Below are positions 27,750 to 35,562 of a stretch of 64,000 bases of DNA, piece by piece. The translations under genes were made by a program, and so were the position numbers. The first letter of the stretch is position 1. Every line of letters begins with the position of its first letter. The stretch is from a virus: IMG/VR virus record IMGVR_UViG_3300044638_007100. The stretch is one strand, 5' to 3'. The notes below the pieces were generated by a model. That model was not told the DNA's origin, did no database searches, and saw only the letters and a list, made by a program, of their open reading frames with translations.

Positions 27750-29276
27750 TCAGAAAGTGAACTTGGTCTGGATAATACCACCGAAGTTGGAAGAAGCACC
27801 AGTGAATGCCTGATTGTTAGAAACATAGAACACTGCAGGAGTGATCGAAATGTTGTCACTCACACGGTACTTGTAGAATGCTTCCCACATAAGGGCATCC
27901 TTAGAAAGACCAGCAGCATTGCCAGGTTGACCGATAGCAAAACCAGCACCGTTACCCTTAGCAAATACATCACTCCACTGAAGACCAGCGAACCAACTTT
28001 GCGAATCAGTAGCAGCATTAGGAGTTGCTTTTCCAAGAGCATTCCGACTTACATTGTTCCAACCATAACCAGCACTCACAGAAGGAATGACGCCAGATTT
28101 GGAAGGTTGCCAGTAAGCACTGATACCATAACCATTAGAGGTTTGACCAGGAGCAAGAGCACCAGATCCACCAGCAACAGCGTTGAAGATGCGAACACGA
28201 GTTCCTTCAGTACCATAACGATAACCAAAGGCAGCACCCCACTGAGGAGCACGATAACCAATCTGTGCCAGAGTATTCAGACCACCAGATTGGTTGAACT
28301 CACCTCTGTTGGATTCAGAACCATTCTGAGCAACATAGTTTACACCAGCAACAAGTCCACCTTTCTTTCCAGGTTGAACATACTGAAGACCAAAACCAGA
28401 TCCAGTTGCCTTGTTATAGACACCAGGAGCACCGGCAAGTTGGAAGAAGTCCAGAACATCCGACTTATATGCCGAAGGAATCCATGACATCTCAGTGTTA
28501 CGAACCAGAGCACCAGCAGTAGCAGTCATGCCCTTAGTAAGAACAGGGAACTGGTAATACAGACGATCCAACCACACGTTGCTGGAAGTTCCAGTACCTT
28601 GAGAAGTTTCTGCCTTATCCAGTTTGAAGAGGGAGTTGGAAGAACCGAAAGGTTGAGCAGAGAAATTACCCGAACGAAGGCGAGTACGAAGTAGATCTTT
28701 ACCAGTGAACGATGTATCAAAGTTCAGACGAAGATCATAGTTGAATGCAGTATTACCAACATTCGTGCTGGGAGCATTACGAGTAGCACCAGGAGTCTGA
28801 GCACCACCAACACCACCAAGAACAAAGTTTGCTTCACCACGAAGTTTGGTAGTGGTGGAGAACTGAGTTGCTTCCAGGCGACCAACTTGTGTTTCCAGTT
28901 TGGTTACACGACCACGAATAACTGCAAGTTCAGCACCAAATTCTTTCATAAGGCGTTGAAGTTCGTCGGTAACTTCCGTCACACGATCCAGGCAGGCGTT
29001 CAGCAGTGCTGCTGCCTCATAACGGGTCATTGATTGACCACCAGCATAAGTGCCGTTAGGGTAACCGGCAACACAACCGTAACGCTCTACAAGGGAGGAG
29101 AGTGCCCCGTATGCCCAATCAGTAGACTTTACATCGGAGAATTGTGAAACGCTTGTAACCTGTTCCGAAGTGGAATATTGGTTGACTGCTGCAATATTAA
29201 GATCTGCCGCATTCGCAGCAACAGGAGCAACCATTCCCAGAGCAACAGGCGCAAGCATCAGTTGTTTGAGTTTCAT
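27750..29276 (-). CDS. Cyanobacterial outer-membrane porin (SLH domain + OprB/Som type)
   Basis: Signal peptide; FSDVKSTDWAY..LVERYGC..MTRYEAAALL SLH; FSTTTKLRG; terminal Phe. Confidence 0.92.
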   Translation of the reverse strand: MKLKQLMLAPVALGMVAPVAANAADLNIAAVNQYSTSEQVTSVSQFSDVKSTDWAYGALSSLVERYGCVAGYPNGTYAGGQSMTRYEAAALLNACLDRVTEVTDELQRLMKEFGAELAVIRGRVTKLETQVGRLEATQFSTTTKLRGEANFVLGGVGGAQTPGATRNAPSTNVGNTAFNYDLRLNFDTSFTGKDLLRTRLRSGNFSAQPFGSSNSLFKLDKAETSQGTGTSSNVWLDRLYYQFPVLTKGMTATAGALVRNTEMSWIPSAYKSDVLDFFQLAGAPGVYNKATGSGFGLQYVQPGKKGGLVAGVNYVAQNGSESNRGEFNQSGGLNTLAQIGYRAPQWGAAFGYRYGTEGTRVRIFNAVAGGSGALAPGQTSNGYGISAYWQPSKSGVIPSVSAGYGWNNVSRNALGKATPNAATDSQSWFAGLQWSDVFAKGNGAGFAIGQPGNAAGLSKDALMWEAFYKYRVSDNISITPAVFYVSNNQAFTGASSNFGGIIQTKFTF

Positions 29277-29334
29277 AAATTTGTTAAGTTTTACAACTAC
29301 AGTGTTTATTTATGCTCCTGTTATTTTTGGAGCA

Positions 29335-29406
29335 AGCGGATGATCGGATTCGAACCGACGACAAACTGCTTGGAAGGCAGCCATTCTACCACTGAATTAC
29401 ATCCGC
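29335..29406 (-). tRNA. tRNA-Gly(UCC)
   Basis: Cloverleaf; loop CTTCCAA. Confidence 0.9.
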
Positions 29407-29410
29407 ATTA

Positions 29411-29456
29411 CTAGATGATTTTGTTGCATAACCTGCGGTAATTGCTGAATCATCTA
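29411..29456 (-). repeat. CAGCAA stem element 1
   Basis: TAGATGATT-CAGCAA-loop-AATCATCTA. Confidence 0.8.
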
Positions 29457-29457
29457 A

Positions 29458-29575
29458 CGCCGAAGTCGGGAATTGAACCCGAACTTTTCCCTGACAATGG
29501 AATTTAGAGTAATTGCTGTCCGTATCTAAAACTAGATAACTGCTTTTTAACGTGCTACCGTTACACTACTTCGGC
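29458..29575 (-). ncRNA. tRNA body with a 47-nt CAGCAA insert (29502-29548) in the anticodon stem
   Basis: Acceptor GCCGAAG/CTTCGGC; D arm; T arm TCGGG-TTCAATT-CCCGA; deleting the insert restores TTTCC-ATTGTCA-GGGAA. Confidence 0.75.
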
Positions 29576-29579
29576 ATTA

Positions 29580-29644
29580 CTAGATAGTTTTTATTTTTCG
29601 GATAAAAATTTGGCGAAAAAGTTTTAAATTGCTGAACTATCTAA
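29580..29644 (-). repeat. CAGCAA stem element 3
   Basis: TAGATAGTT-CAGCAA-loop-AACTATCTA. Confidence 0.8.
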
Positions 29645-29646
29645 AG

Positions 29647-29759
29647 TGGGGAAGGTAAGATTCGAACTTACGACCAACGGCTCCCAATGCATTTTAATTG
29701 CTGTTAACATCTTAACAAGATGTATTTTTTCGTTGCTCTACCAACTGAGCTACTTCCCC
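29647..29759 (-). ncRNA. tRNA-Pro(UGG)-like body with a 40-nt CAGCAA insert (29691-29730)
   Basis: Acceptor GGGGAAG/CTTCCCC-A; deleting the insert restores ACGGC-ATTGGGA-GCCGT. Confidence 0.8.
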
Positions 29760-29766
29760 ATTAGAA

Positions 29767-29847
29767 CGAGATTATTTGAGATAAGGGATCGAACCTTAAC
29801 CATCTATGCAGATAGTTTCAACCAGAAGGGTTTGCTGAATAATCTCT
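29767..29847 (-). ncRNA. tRNA mimic closed by a CAGCAA stem
   Basis: GAGATTATT-CAGCAA...AATAATCTC enclosing a D-like arm, ACTATC/GATGGT hairpin and T arm TAAGG-TTCGATC-CCTTA. Confidence 0.7.
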
Positions 29848-29880
29848 AAAGGTGGAGAGGGTTATACCCTCTCCGATGAA

Positions 29881-31344
29881 TCAGGAGAATACTTCTCCCA
29901 CCGCATCATAACGTTCATTATACACGGTTTCGTTCATAGTGTCAATAGGAGTAATGACACTATCGGTTAGAACAGACTTCAGAATAGAAGAACTGCAACC
30001 GGATACCAGACAAGTGCCAGTATCGTGTGCCTTAATAGGTACATTACCATAAGAGTTCACATTCCAAAAAACCAGTTGAGGCATTTCATACCCTGCCTTA
30101 CGGTAGAGTTTTTGAATTTGCTCAAAATTGGTTCTCTTGTTGGAGCGGCAGCACTGGTCAAACTGCATGTCAGAGACAATGATCAGTTTTTGAGGCATAT
30201 CCTCCGCAGGAACATTATTCTTTACTCCAGCATCCAGAACAGTTTTGAATACTGCCATCAGGTCGGTATTCATCTGCCAAGCAGCACGAGAAAGATTCTC
30301 AACCCGCTTACCGATGGTAGAACCAACGATGGATTGAAGTTCAGGTTGTGCAGAGAAAGTCAGGAACTTGTTCTTCCAAACTTGAGCAGTATTACGCTCT
30401 GCAATATACATCGCAAGAGAGATAGACACTGCCATAGGGCGACCCATCATAGATCCAGAAACGTCTGCAACTACCAGACCGTTAAACTCTTTACCTTCCA
30501 TGTAGTTAGGAAGTGCTTCCCACTGCAGGTCAATGGTTTTGTCGTTACGAGCACCCTTGTAGAGATACTGTTCAACAATATCATATGGATAGAGAGTTGC
30601 TGCATTGATCTTTGCTTCACCCTTCTCAACGGCACTGAGATAATCAGCATACCGAGTTGCATCTTGCTTTGCGAATGCTTTGCGATACATGAAAGCAGCA
30701 CGGGAAGGCAGTTTGGAATAATCAATTACAGACCATTCCTTAGAGCACATTGCCTTTTCAACAACGTTAATGTGAGTACGAAGATTGCTGAGAACCTTAC
30801 GATACTCGCGCTCAGTCATGCCAAGATGTGCGGCAATCTTACGACCTAGACGCTTGCTATCTTTGCTAGAAGCATTGATAGAAGGCATCCATTTGGCAAG
30901 CAGAGATACTGGTGCGCCTGCTTTGAAGGAAACACGATCCAGATTCATTTGATTCTGAATTGCATTCAGCACAGTTTCCCAGGCAGAAGTGTTTTCCAGA
31001 ACAAGAAGGTCATCCCAACGTCCATATACAGGAACCAGAGAAACCAGTTTTTCACCAATTTCACCATTATCTTCTACCAGATATTTGAAGAGGTTACGGA
31101 AAACTTCACGCTCACCTTGTCCCCCACGAATATCCCGTGCCCAGAAGAGAATACGAGTAGCAGTCTCAGGATTCTCCGCATATGCATGGGCAAAAAGTTT
31201 TTGTGCTTGCTTGACATCATTACGGCAAGCAGCGATTTTTCCGAAAAGATCCAGACACTTATTCAGAGTGGATTTGTATGCTTTTGCACCGTTCAGAGTT
31301 TCGGTGACATTCATTTCGGATTCAAGAGCATTCATAAAAGTCAT
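29881..31344 (-). CDS. DUF2828 family TROVE/Ro60-like protein with C-terminal vWA domain
   Basis: STLNKCLDLF; FWARDIRGGQGER; YGRWDDL; LAKWMPS; ADVSGSM (MIDAS); TD; VSDMQFD; VFWNV. Confidence 0.85.
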   Translation of the reverse strand: MTFMNALESEMNVTETLNGAKAYKSTLNKCLDLFGKIAACRNDVKQAQKLFAHAYAENPETATRILFWARDIRGGQGEREVFRNLFKYLVEDNGEIGEKLVSLVPVYGRWDDLLVLENTSAWETVLNAIQNQMNLDRVSFKAGAPVSLLAKWMPSINASSKDSKRLGRKIAAHLGMTEREYRKVLSNLRTHINVVEKAMCSKEWSVIDYSKLPSRAAFMYRKAFAKQDATRYADYLSAVEKGEAKINAATLYPYDIVEQYLYKGARNDKTIDLQWEALPNYMEGKEFNGLVVADVSGSMMGRPMAVSISLAMYIAERNTAQVWKNKFLTFSAQPELQSIVGSTIGKRVENLSRAAWQMNTDLMAVFKTVLDAGVKNNVPAEDMPQKLIIVSDMQFDQCCRSNKRTNFEQIQKLYRKAGYEMPQLVFWNVNSYGNVPIKAHDTGTCLVSGCSSSILKSVLTDSVITPIDTMNETVYNERYDAVGEVFS

Positions 31345-31355
31345 AATTTTTCTCC

Positions 31356-31410
31356 AAGTTGATGTTTAGTTGTTTTTCAGATACAATTAGGTTGATTGCT
31401 GAATCAACTT
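31356..31410 (-). repeat. CAGCAA stem element 6 in the DUF2828 5' UTR
   Basis: AAGTTGAT-T-CAGCAA-loop-ATCAACTT followed directly by GGAG and the ATG. Confidence 0.8.
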
Positions 31411-31418
31411 TGTTGAGC

Positions 31419-31479
31419 AAGATGAGTTTTTTGCTTGTTAGATTAAGAGTCTAGTGCAGTTTTTTTGCTGCCTCATCTT
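31419..31479 (-). repeat. CAGCAA stem element 7
   Basis: AAGATGAG-G-CAGCAA-loop-CTCATCTT. Confidence 0.8.
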
Positions 31480-31497
31480 AGAACACCCGAAGGTGTA

Positions 31498-31569
31498 TGG
31501 GAAATACTGGATTCGAACCAGTGACTTATTGCTTGTAAGGCAACCACTCTACCACTGAGTTAATCTCCC
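31498..31569 (-). tRNA. tRNA-Val(UAC)
   Basis: Loop CTTACAA. Confidence 0.9.
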
Positions 31570-31599
31570 GATTGGGTGGTCTCTCTCAACCACCCTTAC

Positions 31600-31656
31600 A
31601 GAATAACAGGGTTTTGATTTGGCGTCAACCCCTGTGGTACAGTTCAGAAACTGTCC
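31600..31656 (-). promoter_or_regulatory. Sigma70-type promoter with upstream palindrome
   Basis: GGACAGTTTCTGAACTGTACC then TTGACG-17-TATTCT. Confidence 0.7.
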
Positions 31657-32127
31657 TCAACCGATTACATATTCTTTCCATTCTGAAACACGACTCTTTT
31701 GAAGATCCAAATAAACACGGTTGAAAGGTGCTTCTGGATTTTTCTTCAAAATCATATTTGTTTCGGAAAGAAAATGATTTCCTTTCTTTAAGTTACATTT
31801 GGTGCAACAGGCAACTAGATTTTCCCATGTGTCCTGTCCACCTCTTGAACGAGGAATCACATGGTCAATTGTAAGATCTTTCTTGGATCCACAGTATTGA
31901 CATTCATGATCATCCCTCTTGTAGATAAGTGCTCTTGTAGGATAAGAGTCTTTTCCACGATTAAAAGGAATTTTTACATAACTGACTAAACGAATCACAC
32001 GCTTAGTAATAAGTCTTGCTTTGTCCTTGAAAAGAAGAACAATTGCTCTTTTCCAGTTTGTAAAATGTAATGGTTCATAAGAACTGTTTAGAACCAGTAT
32101 TGTACTATGTGGTTCTATGGATTCCAT
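31657..32127 (-). CDS. HNH endonuclease (McrA-like)
   Basis: LVLNSSYEPL; CQYCG..LTIDHVIPRSRGG..WENLVACCTKCNLKKGN. Confidence 0.9.
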   Translation of the reverse strand: MESIEPHSTILVLNSSYEPLHFTNWKRAIVLLFKDKARLITKRVIRLVSYVKIPFNRGKDSYPTRALIYKRDDHECQYCGSKKDLTIDHVIPRSRGGQDTWENLVACCTKCNLKKGNHFLSETNMILKKNPEAPFNRVYLDLQKSRVSEWKEYVIG

Positions 32128-32159
32128 TTGTTTTGTTGCACCTCATTTTATTTAGATTA

Positions 32160-32234
32160 TGGCACCCTGAGAGGGATTTGAACCCCCGTCTTCTTCGTTC
32201 GTAGCGAAGCACTCTTCCACTGAGTTACCAGGGC
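32160..32234 (-). tRNA. tRNA-Arg(ACG)
   Basis: Loop CTACGAA; CCA encoded. Confidence 0.9.
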
Positions 32235-32308
32235 TGGCACGGGATGTAGGAATCGAACCCACATCAAAAGGTTTGGAAGCTCTTGTCTTACCATTAGACC
32301 AATCCCGT
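32235..32308 (-). tRNA. tRNA-Trp(CCA)
   Basis: Loop TTCCAAA; G73; CCA encoded. Confidence 0.85.
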
Positions 32309-32331
32309 ATATGTTTGGATATAAAATCCAA

Positions 32332-32405
32332 TACCGAAGGTGGGATTCGAACCCACAACATTTCGCTTTTGAGGCGAACACCTCTACCAATTGGATCACT
32401 TCGGC
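32332..32405 (-). tRNA. tRNA-Leu(CAA), short variable loop
   Basis: TTCGC-CTCAAAA-GCGAA; variable ATGTT. Confidence 0.8.
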
Positions 32406-32408
32406 ATA

Positions 32409-32482
32409 TGGGCGTGAGAGGATTCGAACCTCCACTGTACAGATTCTAAGTCTGGTGCCTCCTACCATTGCGCTACACGCCC
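32409..32482 (-). tRNA. tRNA-Leu(UAG), short variable loop
   Basis: Loop CTTAGAA; variable ACAGT. Confidence 0.8.
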
Positions 32483-32506
32483 ATAAAAACTTGATTGAAC
32501 AAACAA

Positions 32507-33031
32507 TCAAGAATTTATCCAAGTCATAACCTCTTCAAGAAGAATCGGACGAAAATTAGTATGCTCAACACATACACATTGATATCGGTTATCAATGTTC
32601 CCGAACGTATTCTTCACTCTATTGGAATGAAGATGTCCGTGAATGTTTACCCCAAATCTATCAAGTTGAGATTCATGAAGAGGAACATGACTAAGAATCA
32701 TATTGTTTAGAACATGATATGCACGAATATCGTAAAAATGTTCTGCATATTCACTGAGTCTAAAAATATCATGATTCCCTTTAATGAGACACTTCTTTCC
32801 ATTAAGTTTGGAAGCAGTTCCCATTGATCTACGATTGATTACATAATCTCCAAGATGATAAACTTTATCATTCGGTGAAACAGTTTCGTTCCAGTAATCA
32901 ATCATAGCCTCATCCATTTCATCGGGATGATTCCACGGACGAAGTTTTTGTCCGTCTTCTCTCAGAAACTTACACACACCATGATGTCCAAAGTGTGTGT
33001 CAGATACCAGAAATACTCTAGATCTACTCAT
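32507..33031 (-). CDS. Calcineurin-like metallophosphoesterase
   Basis: SDTHFGH; YHLGD; KGNHD; LSHVP; IHGHLH; start re-assigned to MSRSRVF. Confidence 0.88.
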   Translation of the reverse strand: MSRSRVFLVSDTHFGHHGVCKFLREDGQKLRPWNHPDEMDEAMIDYWNETVSPNDKVYHLGDYVINRRSMGTASKLNGKKCLIKGNHDIFRLSEYAEHFYDIRAYHVLNNMILSHVPLHESQLDRFGVNIHGHLHSNRVKNTFGNIDNRYQCVCVEHTNFRPILLEEVMTWINS

Positions 33032-33121
33032 TTTTTCCTCAGGTGTGTTTGATTTGTTTTCATAGAATAGCAGGTAAAACCCAAGAATTCTAGGAATGTG
33101 TGCCAGTTTTGGAACTGGCAA

Positions 33122-33196
33122 TGTCCGTGAGAGGATTTGAACCTCCACTGTCTACCCCCTCAAGGTAGTGCCTCCTACCAATTGCGCTACACGGAC
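33122..33196 (-). tRNA. tRNA-Leu(GAG), short variable loop
   Basis: CTACC-TTGAGGG-GGTAG; variable ACAGT. Confidence 0.8.
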
Positions 33197-33199
33197 GAG

Positions 33200-33272
33200 T
33201 TCCAGAAATAGGATTCGAACCTATATTATACATCTTCAAAGGATGGTGTCCTGCCAGTTAGACGATTCTGGA
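33200..33272 (-). tRNA. tRNA-Gln(UUG)
   Basis: Loop CTTTGAA. Confidence 0.85.
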
Positions 33273-33293
33273 TTAAAGTGGAATACTCCACAG

Positions 33294-33369
33294 AGTCTAG
33301 TGTGGGATTCGAACCCACGGTGAAAGAAGTTTTGCAGACTTCCGCATTCGGCCACTCTGCCAACTAGAC
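33294..33369 (-). tRNA. tRNA-Cys(GCA)
   Basis: Loop CTGCAAA; U73. Confidence 0.9.
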
Positions 33370-33445
33370 ATTAACGTGAAACCTATTCAACATAGTGTTG
33401 GAGCGACCAACTGTTTCACGCTGTCGGATTAATTACTTCCGACAA

Positions 33446-33516
33446 AGCCCCTAGACAGAATTGAACTGTCGTCTCCGCTTTACAAGAGCGGTGCATCACC
33501 ACAATGCTTTAGAGGC
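33446..33516 (-). tRNA. tRNA-Thr(UGU)
   Basis: Loop CTTGTAA. Confidence 0.88.
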
Positions 33517-33551
33517 AATATTGAACTATTTGGAAATACCGGATAGTTCAA

Positions 33552-33623
33552 AGCCCTTAGTGAGAATCAAACTCACGACCTCATTCTTACCAAGAATGCG
33601 TTCTATCACTGAACTATAAGGGC
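33552..33623 (-). tRNA. tRNA-Thr(GGU)
   Basis: Loop TTGGTAA. Confidence 0.88.
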
Positions 33624-33625
33624 GG

Positions 33626-33699
33626 GGTGTAGGACGGGACTTGAACCCGCATAAACCAGATTCACAATCTGGCGCATTAACCAATTATGCTACCTACAC
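33626..33699 (-). tRNA. tRNA-His(GUG)
   Basis: Loop TTGTGAA; C73. Confidence 0.88.
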
Positions 33700-33701
33700 A
33701 G

Positions 33702-33774
33702 TGGCTGTAGGTGGAGTTGAACCACCGACGACTTCCTTATGAGAGAAGCGTTCTACCAACTGAACTATACAACC
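33702..33774 (-). tRNA. tRNA-Met or Ile2 (CAU), elongator type
   Basis: Loop CTCATAA; paired 1:72. Confidence 0.85.
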
Positions 33775-33778
33775 AAAG

Positions 33779-33863
33779 CGGAGAATAGAGGGTTCGAACC
33801 TCTGGTGGTTTTATCCACACAAACTTTCCAAGTTTGCACCATAAACCTCTCGGACAATTCTCC
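33779..33863 (-). tRNA. tRNA-Ser(GGA)
   Basis: Loop TTGGAAA; long variable arm. Confidence 0.9.
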
Positions 33864-33867
33864 AGGT

Positions 33868-33959
33868 TTGAGAGAAGATGGAATCGAACCACCATTGCCA
33901 AGGGACGGAATCGAACCGCCTCTAACACCGTCGTGCTCACCACCAAGGTGCTCTCTCAA
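33868..33959 (-). ncRNA. tRNA-like element with two T-arms and no anticodon loop
   Basis: TTGAGAGA/TCTCTCAA closing stem; GGCGG-TTCGATT-CCGTC and GGTGG-TTCGATT-CCATC. Confidence 0.65.
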
Positions 33960-34050
33960 CGGAAGTGACTGGATTTGAACCAGTGGTGCCAATTACTTGA
34001 CACGGAATCTTAGCAGGATTCTGCAATAAACCGGACTCTGCCACACTTCC
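33960..34050 (-). tRNA. tRNA-Ser(GCU)
   Basis: Loop CTGCTAA; long variable arm. Confidence 0.9.
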
Positions 34051-34073
34051 TTATAAAATACCCCGAAGGGTAA

Positions 34074-34146
34074 TTGGAACGACGAGATTTGAACTCGTGA
34101 CCGCACGGTTATCAGCCGTGTGCTCTACCAACTGAGCTACGTTCCA
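34074..34146 (-). tRNA. tRNA-Ile(GAU)
   Basis: Loop CTGATAA. Confidence 0.9.
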
Positions 34147-34266
34147 TCAAGGTAGGAGTCGATATCAACAATCTACCAGTTTCAGTTTTCGGACTGAAAA
34201 ACCTATCACCAACCAACCGAAGTTTCATAACGGAGGAAGTGAATCTCCGTGACCATAAAGGTCAAG

Positions 34267-34340
34267 CGGGAACACCCGGAATCGAACCGAGACCTCATGT
34301 TCTTCAGACATACGTGCCGACCAACCTACACCATGTTCCC
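34267..34340 (-). tRNA. tRNA-Phe(GAA)
   Basis: Loop CTGAAGA; atypical G73. Confidence 0.8.
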
Positions 34341-34418
34341 ACACAATGCAGTCTATGTACGATAGACTTTTATCCGACGCATGTAAAATCGGTTGGAGTT
34401 TTACTAGTATTCTCCAAA

Positions 34419-34489
34419 TCGGGATAGAAGGTACTGCCCCCTCTTCGCTGCGTCCCAAACGCAGAGTTATACTTTTCTACTATATCCCG
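34419..34489 (-). tRNA. tRNA-Pro(UGG), divergent D and T loops
   Basis: CTGCG-TTTGGGA-CGCAG; C1-G72; A73. Confidence 0.75.
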
Positions 34490-35036
34490 TTGTTTTTATG
34501 TAATCCTCAATTAAAGGACTTACCAAGTGTCTATGTCTAGAATGAAACATCCTATGATGATTTGGACATAATGGTATTAGATTTTCTGGATTGTTATTTT
34601 GTTTATTGTAGTCATTATGATGAACTTCAACAATTAAATCAAAACCACAAACACAACACTTTTTTGGATGGTGTGTAAAGCATATTTTGCGATAGTGTGC
34701 ATCGCCATCGAATCCATCCTTATAGTTTGGGTTGTTTTCCCCACTTCTAAAAAAAGTATTAGAGCAAGACCTTGAACAAACCGTTTTTTCGTCTTTACTC
34801 CCTTTTAGAGTTTCAAATAAAGTACTACAAACTGGACATTCTTTTTTAATTAATTCATATTTTCTTGGAGGTTCATATTTTGGAACTTTTATTCCAAATT
34901 GGTTTTGAAGAAATTTAATTTTTCTCCTCCAAGTTCCATTATCACAACCTCCAAGTTTTTTAATAACTTGTCCAGGACCGTTTGATGTTGAACAAGCAAC
35001 TTCAAATTGTTCTTTAGTTATGATTTTGTTTTTCAT
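34467..35036 (-). mobile_element. HNH homing endonuclease-like gene inside the tRNA array
   Basis: CPVC..CSRSC; NPNYKDG; CCVCG..VEVHH.D....NNNPENLIPLCPNHH; own TATAAATA at 35076-35083. Confidence 0.8.
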
Positions 35037-35138
35037 TTTAGTTTCGTAGTATTAGGTTTTGAGATACACCCAAACTATTTATATACGACAATATAAAAGA
35101 TAAACATAAAATTGTCAAGTATGCTTCATAAGAAGCAA

Positions 35139-35210
35139 CTCCCCCGACTGGATTCGAACCAGTGACAAACGGATTAACAGTCCGCGATTCTACCGCTGAA
35201 CTACAGGGGA
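35139..35210 (-). tRNA. tRNA-Asn(GUU)
   Basis: Loop CTGTTAA; G73. Confidence 0.92.
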
Positions 35211-35237
35211 TTATAAGTATCCTCAATTAAGAGGAAG

Positions 35238-35313
35238 AAGCGTAGACGGGCATCGAACCCGCAAAATATCCATCTTGAAAGGATGGTGACTTTACCAATT
35301 TGTCTACTACGCC
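35238..35313 (-). tRNA. tRNA-Glu(UUC)
   Basis: Loop CTTTCAA. Confidence 0.88.
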
Positions 35314-35316
35314 AAG

Positions 35317-35402
35317 CGGAGAGAACAGGACTCGAACCTGCGAAGGGTTTTACCCCCCGACCGTTTTCAAGACGGCGTCCTCGACCGAACCGGACTCTCT
35401 CC
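35317..35402 (-). tRNA. tRNA-Ser(UGA)
   Basis: Loop CTTGAAA; long variable arm. Confidence 0.9.
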
Positions 35403-35486
35403 ATAAGAAATATCTATTATAATAGAGATATTTCTATCAGTTTATCAATACTGCCCACATACAAAACTGAAAAAGTATAGGGACGA

Positions 35487-35559
35487 CGACCTCTAGGGGA
35501 TTTGAACCCCTGACTTTCTGCTAGACAGGCAGACACTCTAACCGCTGAGTTAAGAGGCC
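35487..35559 (-). tRNA. tRNA-Asp(GUC)
   Basis: Loop CTGTCTA (U37); G73. Confidence 0.85.
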
Positions 35560-35562
35560 AAA

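Noticed and set aside
27927-31369. Long plus-strand ORFs (27927-28487, 30025-30849, 30949-31362, 30989-31369) and ORFs overlapping tRNAs
   Set aside because: Antisense shadows of the porin and DUF2828 genes or of tRNA genes; no recognisable motifs or RBS.
29411-31479. CRISPR array
   Set aside because: The repeats vary in sequence, spacing is irregular, the loops are low-complexity AT-rich, and there are no cas genes. Structure, not sequence, is conserved.
33370-33420. Hammerhead ribozyme
   Set aside because: GAAAC is present but the CUGAUGA core is missing.
33626-33700. tRNA-His lacking an encoded G-1 as a sign of a novel maturation enzyme
   Set aside because: It rests on a single base, the register is uncertain by eye, and no Thg1-like gene is visible here.
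34147-34266. Hairpin series between tRNA-Phe and tRNA-Ile as a distinct ncRNA
   Set aside because: Independent short hairpins with no recurring motif; not distinguishable from processing or stability structures.
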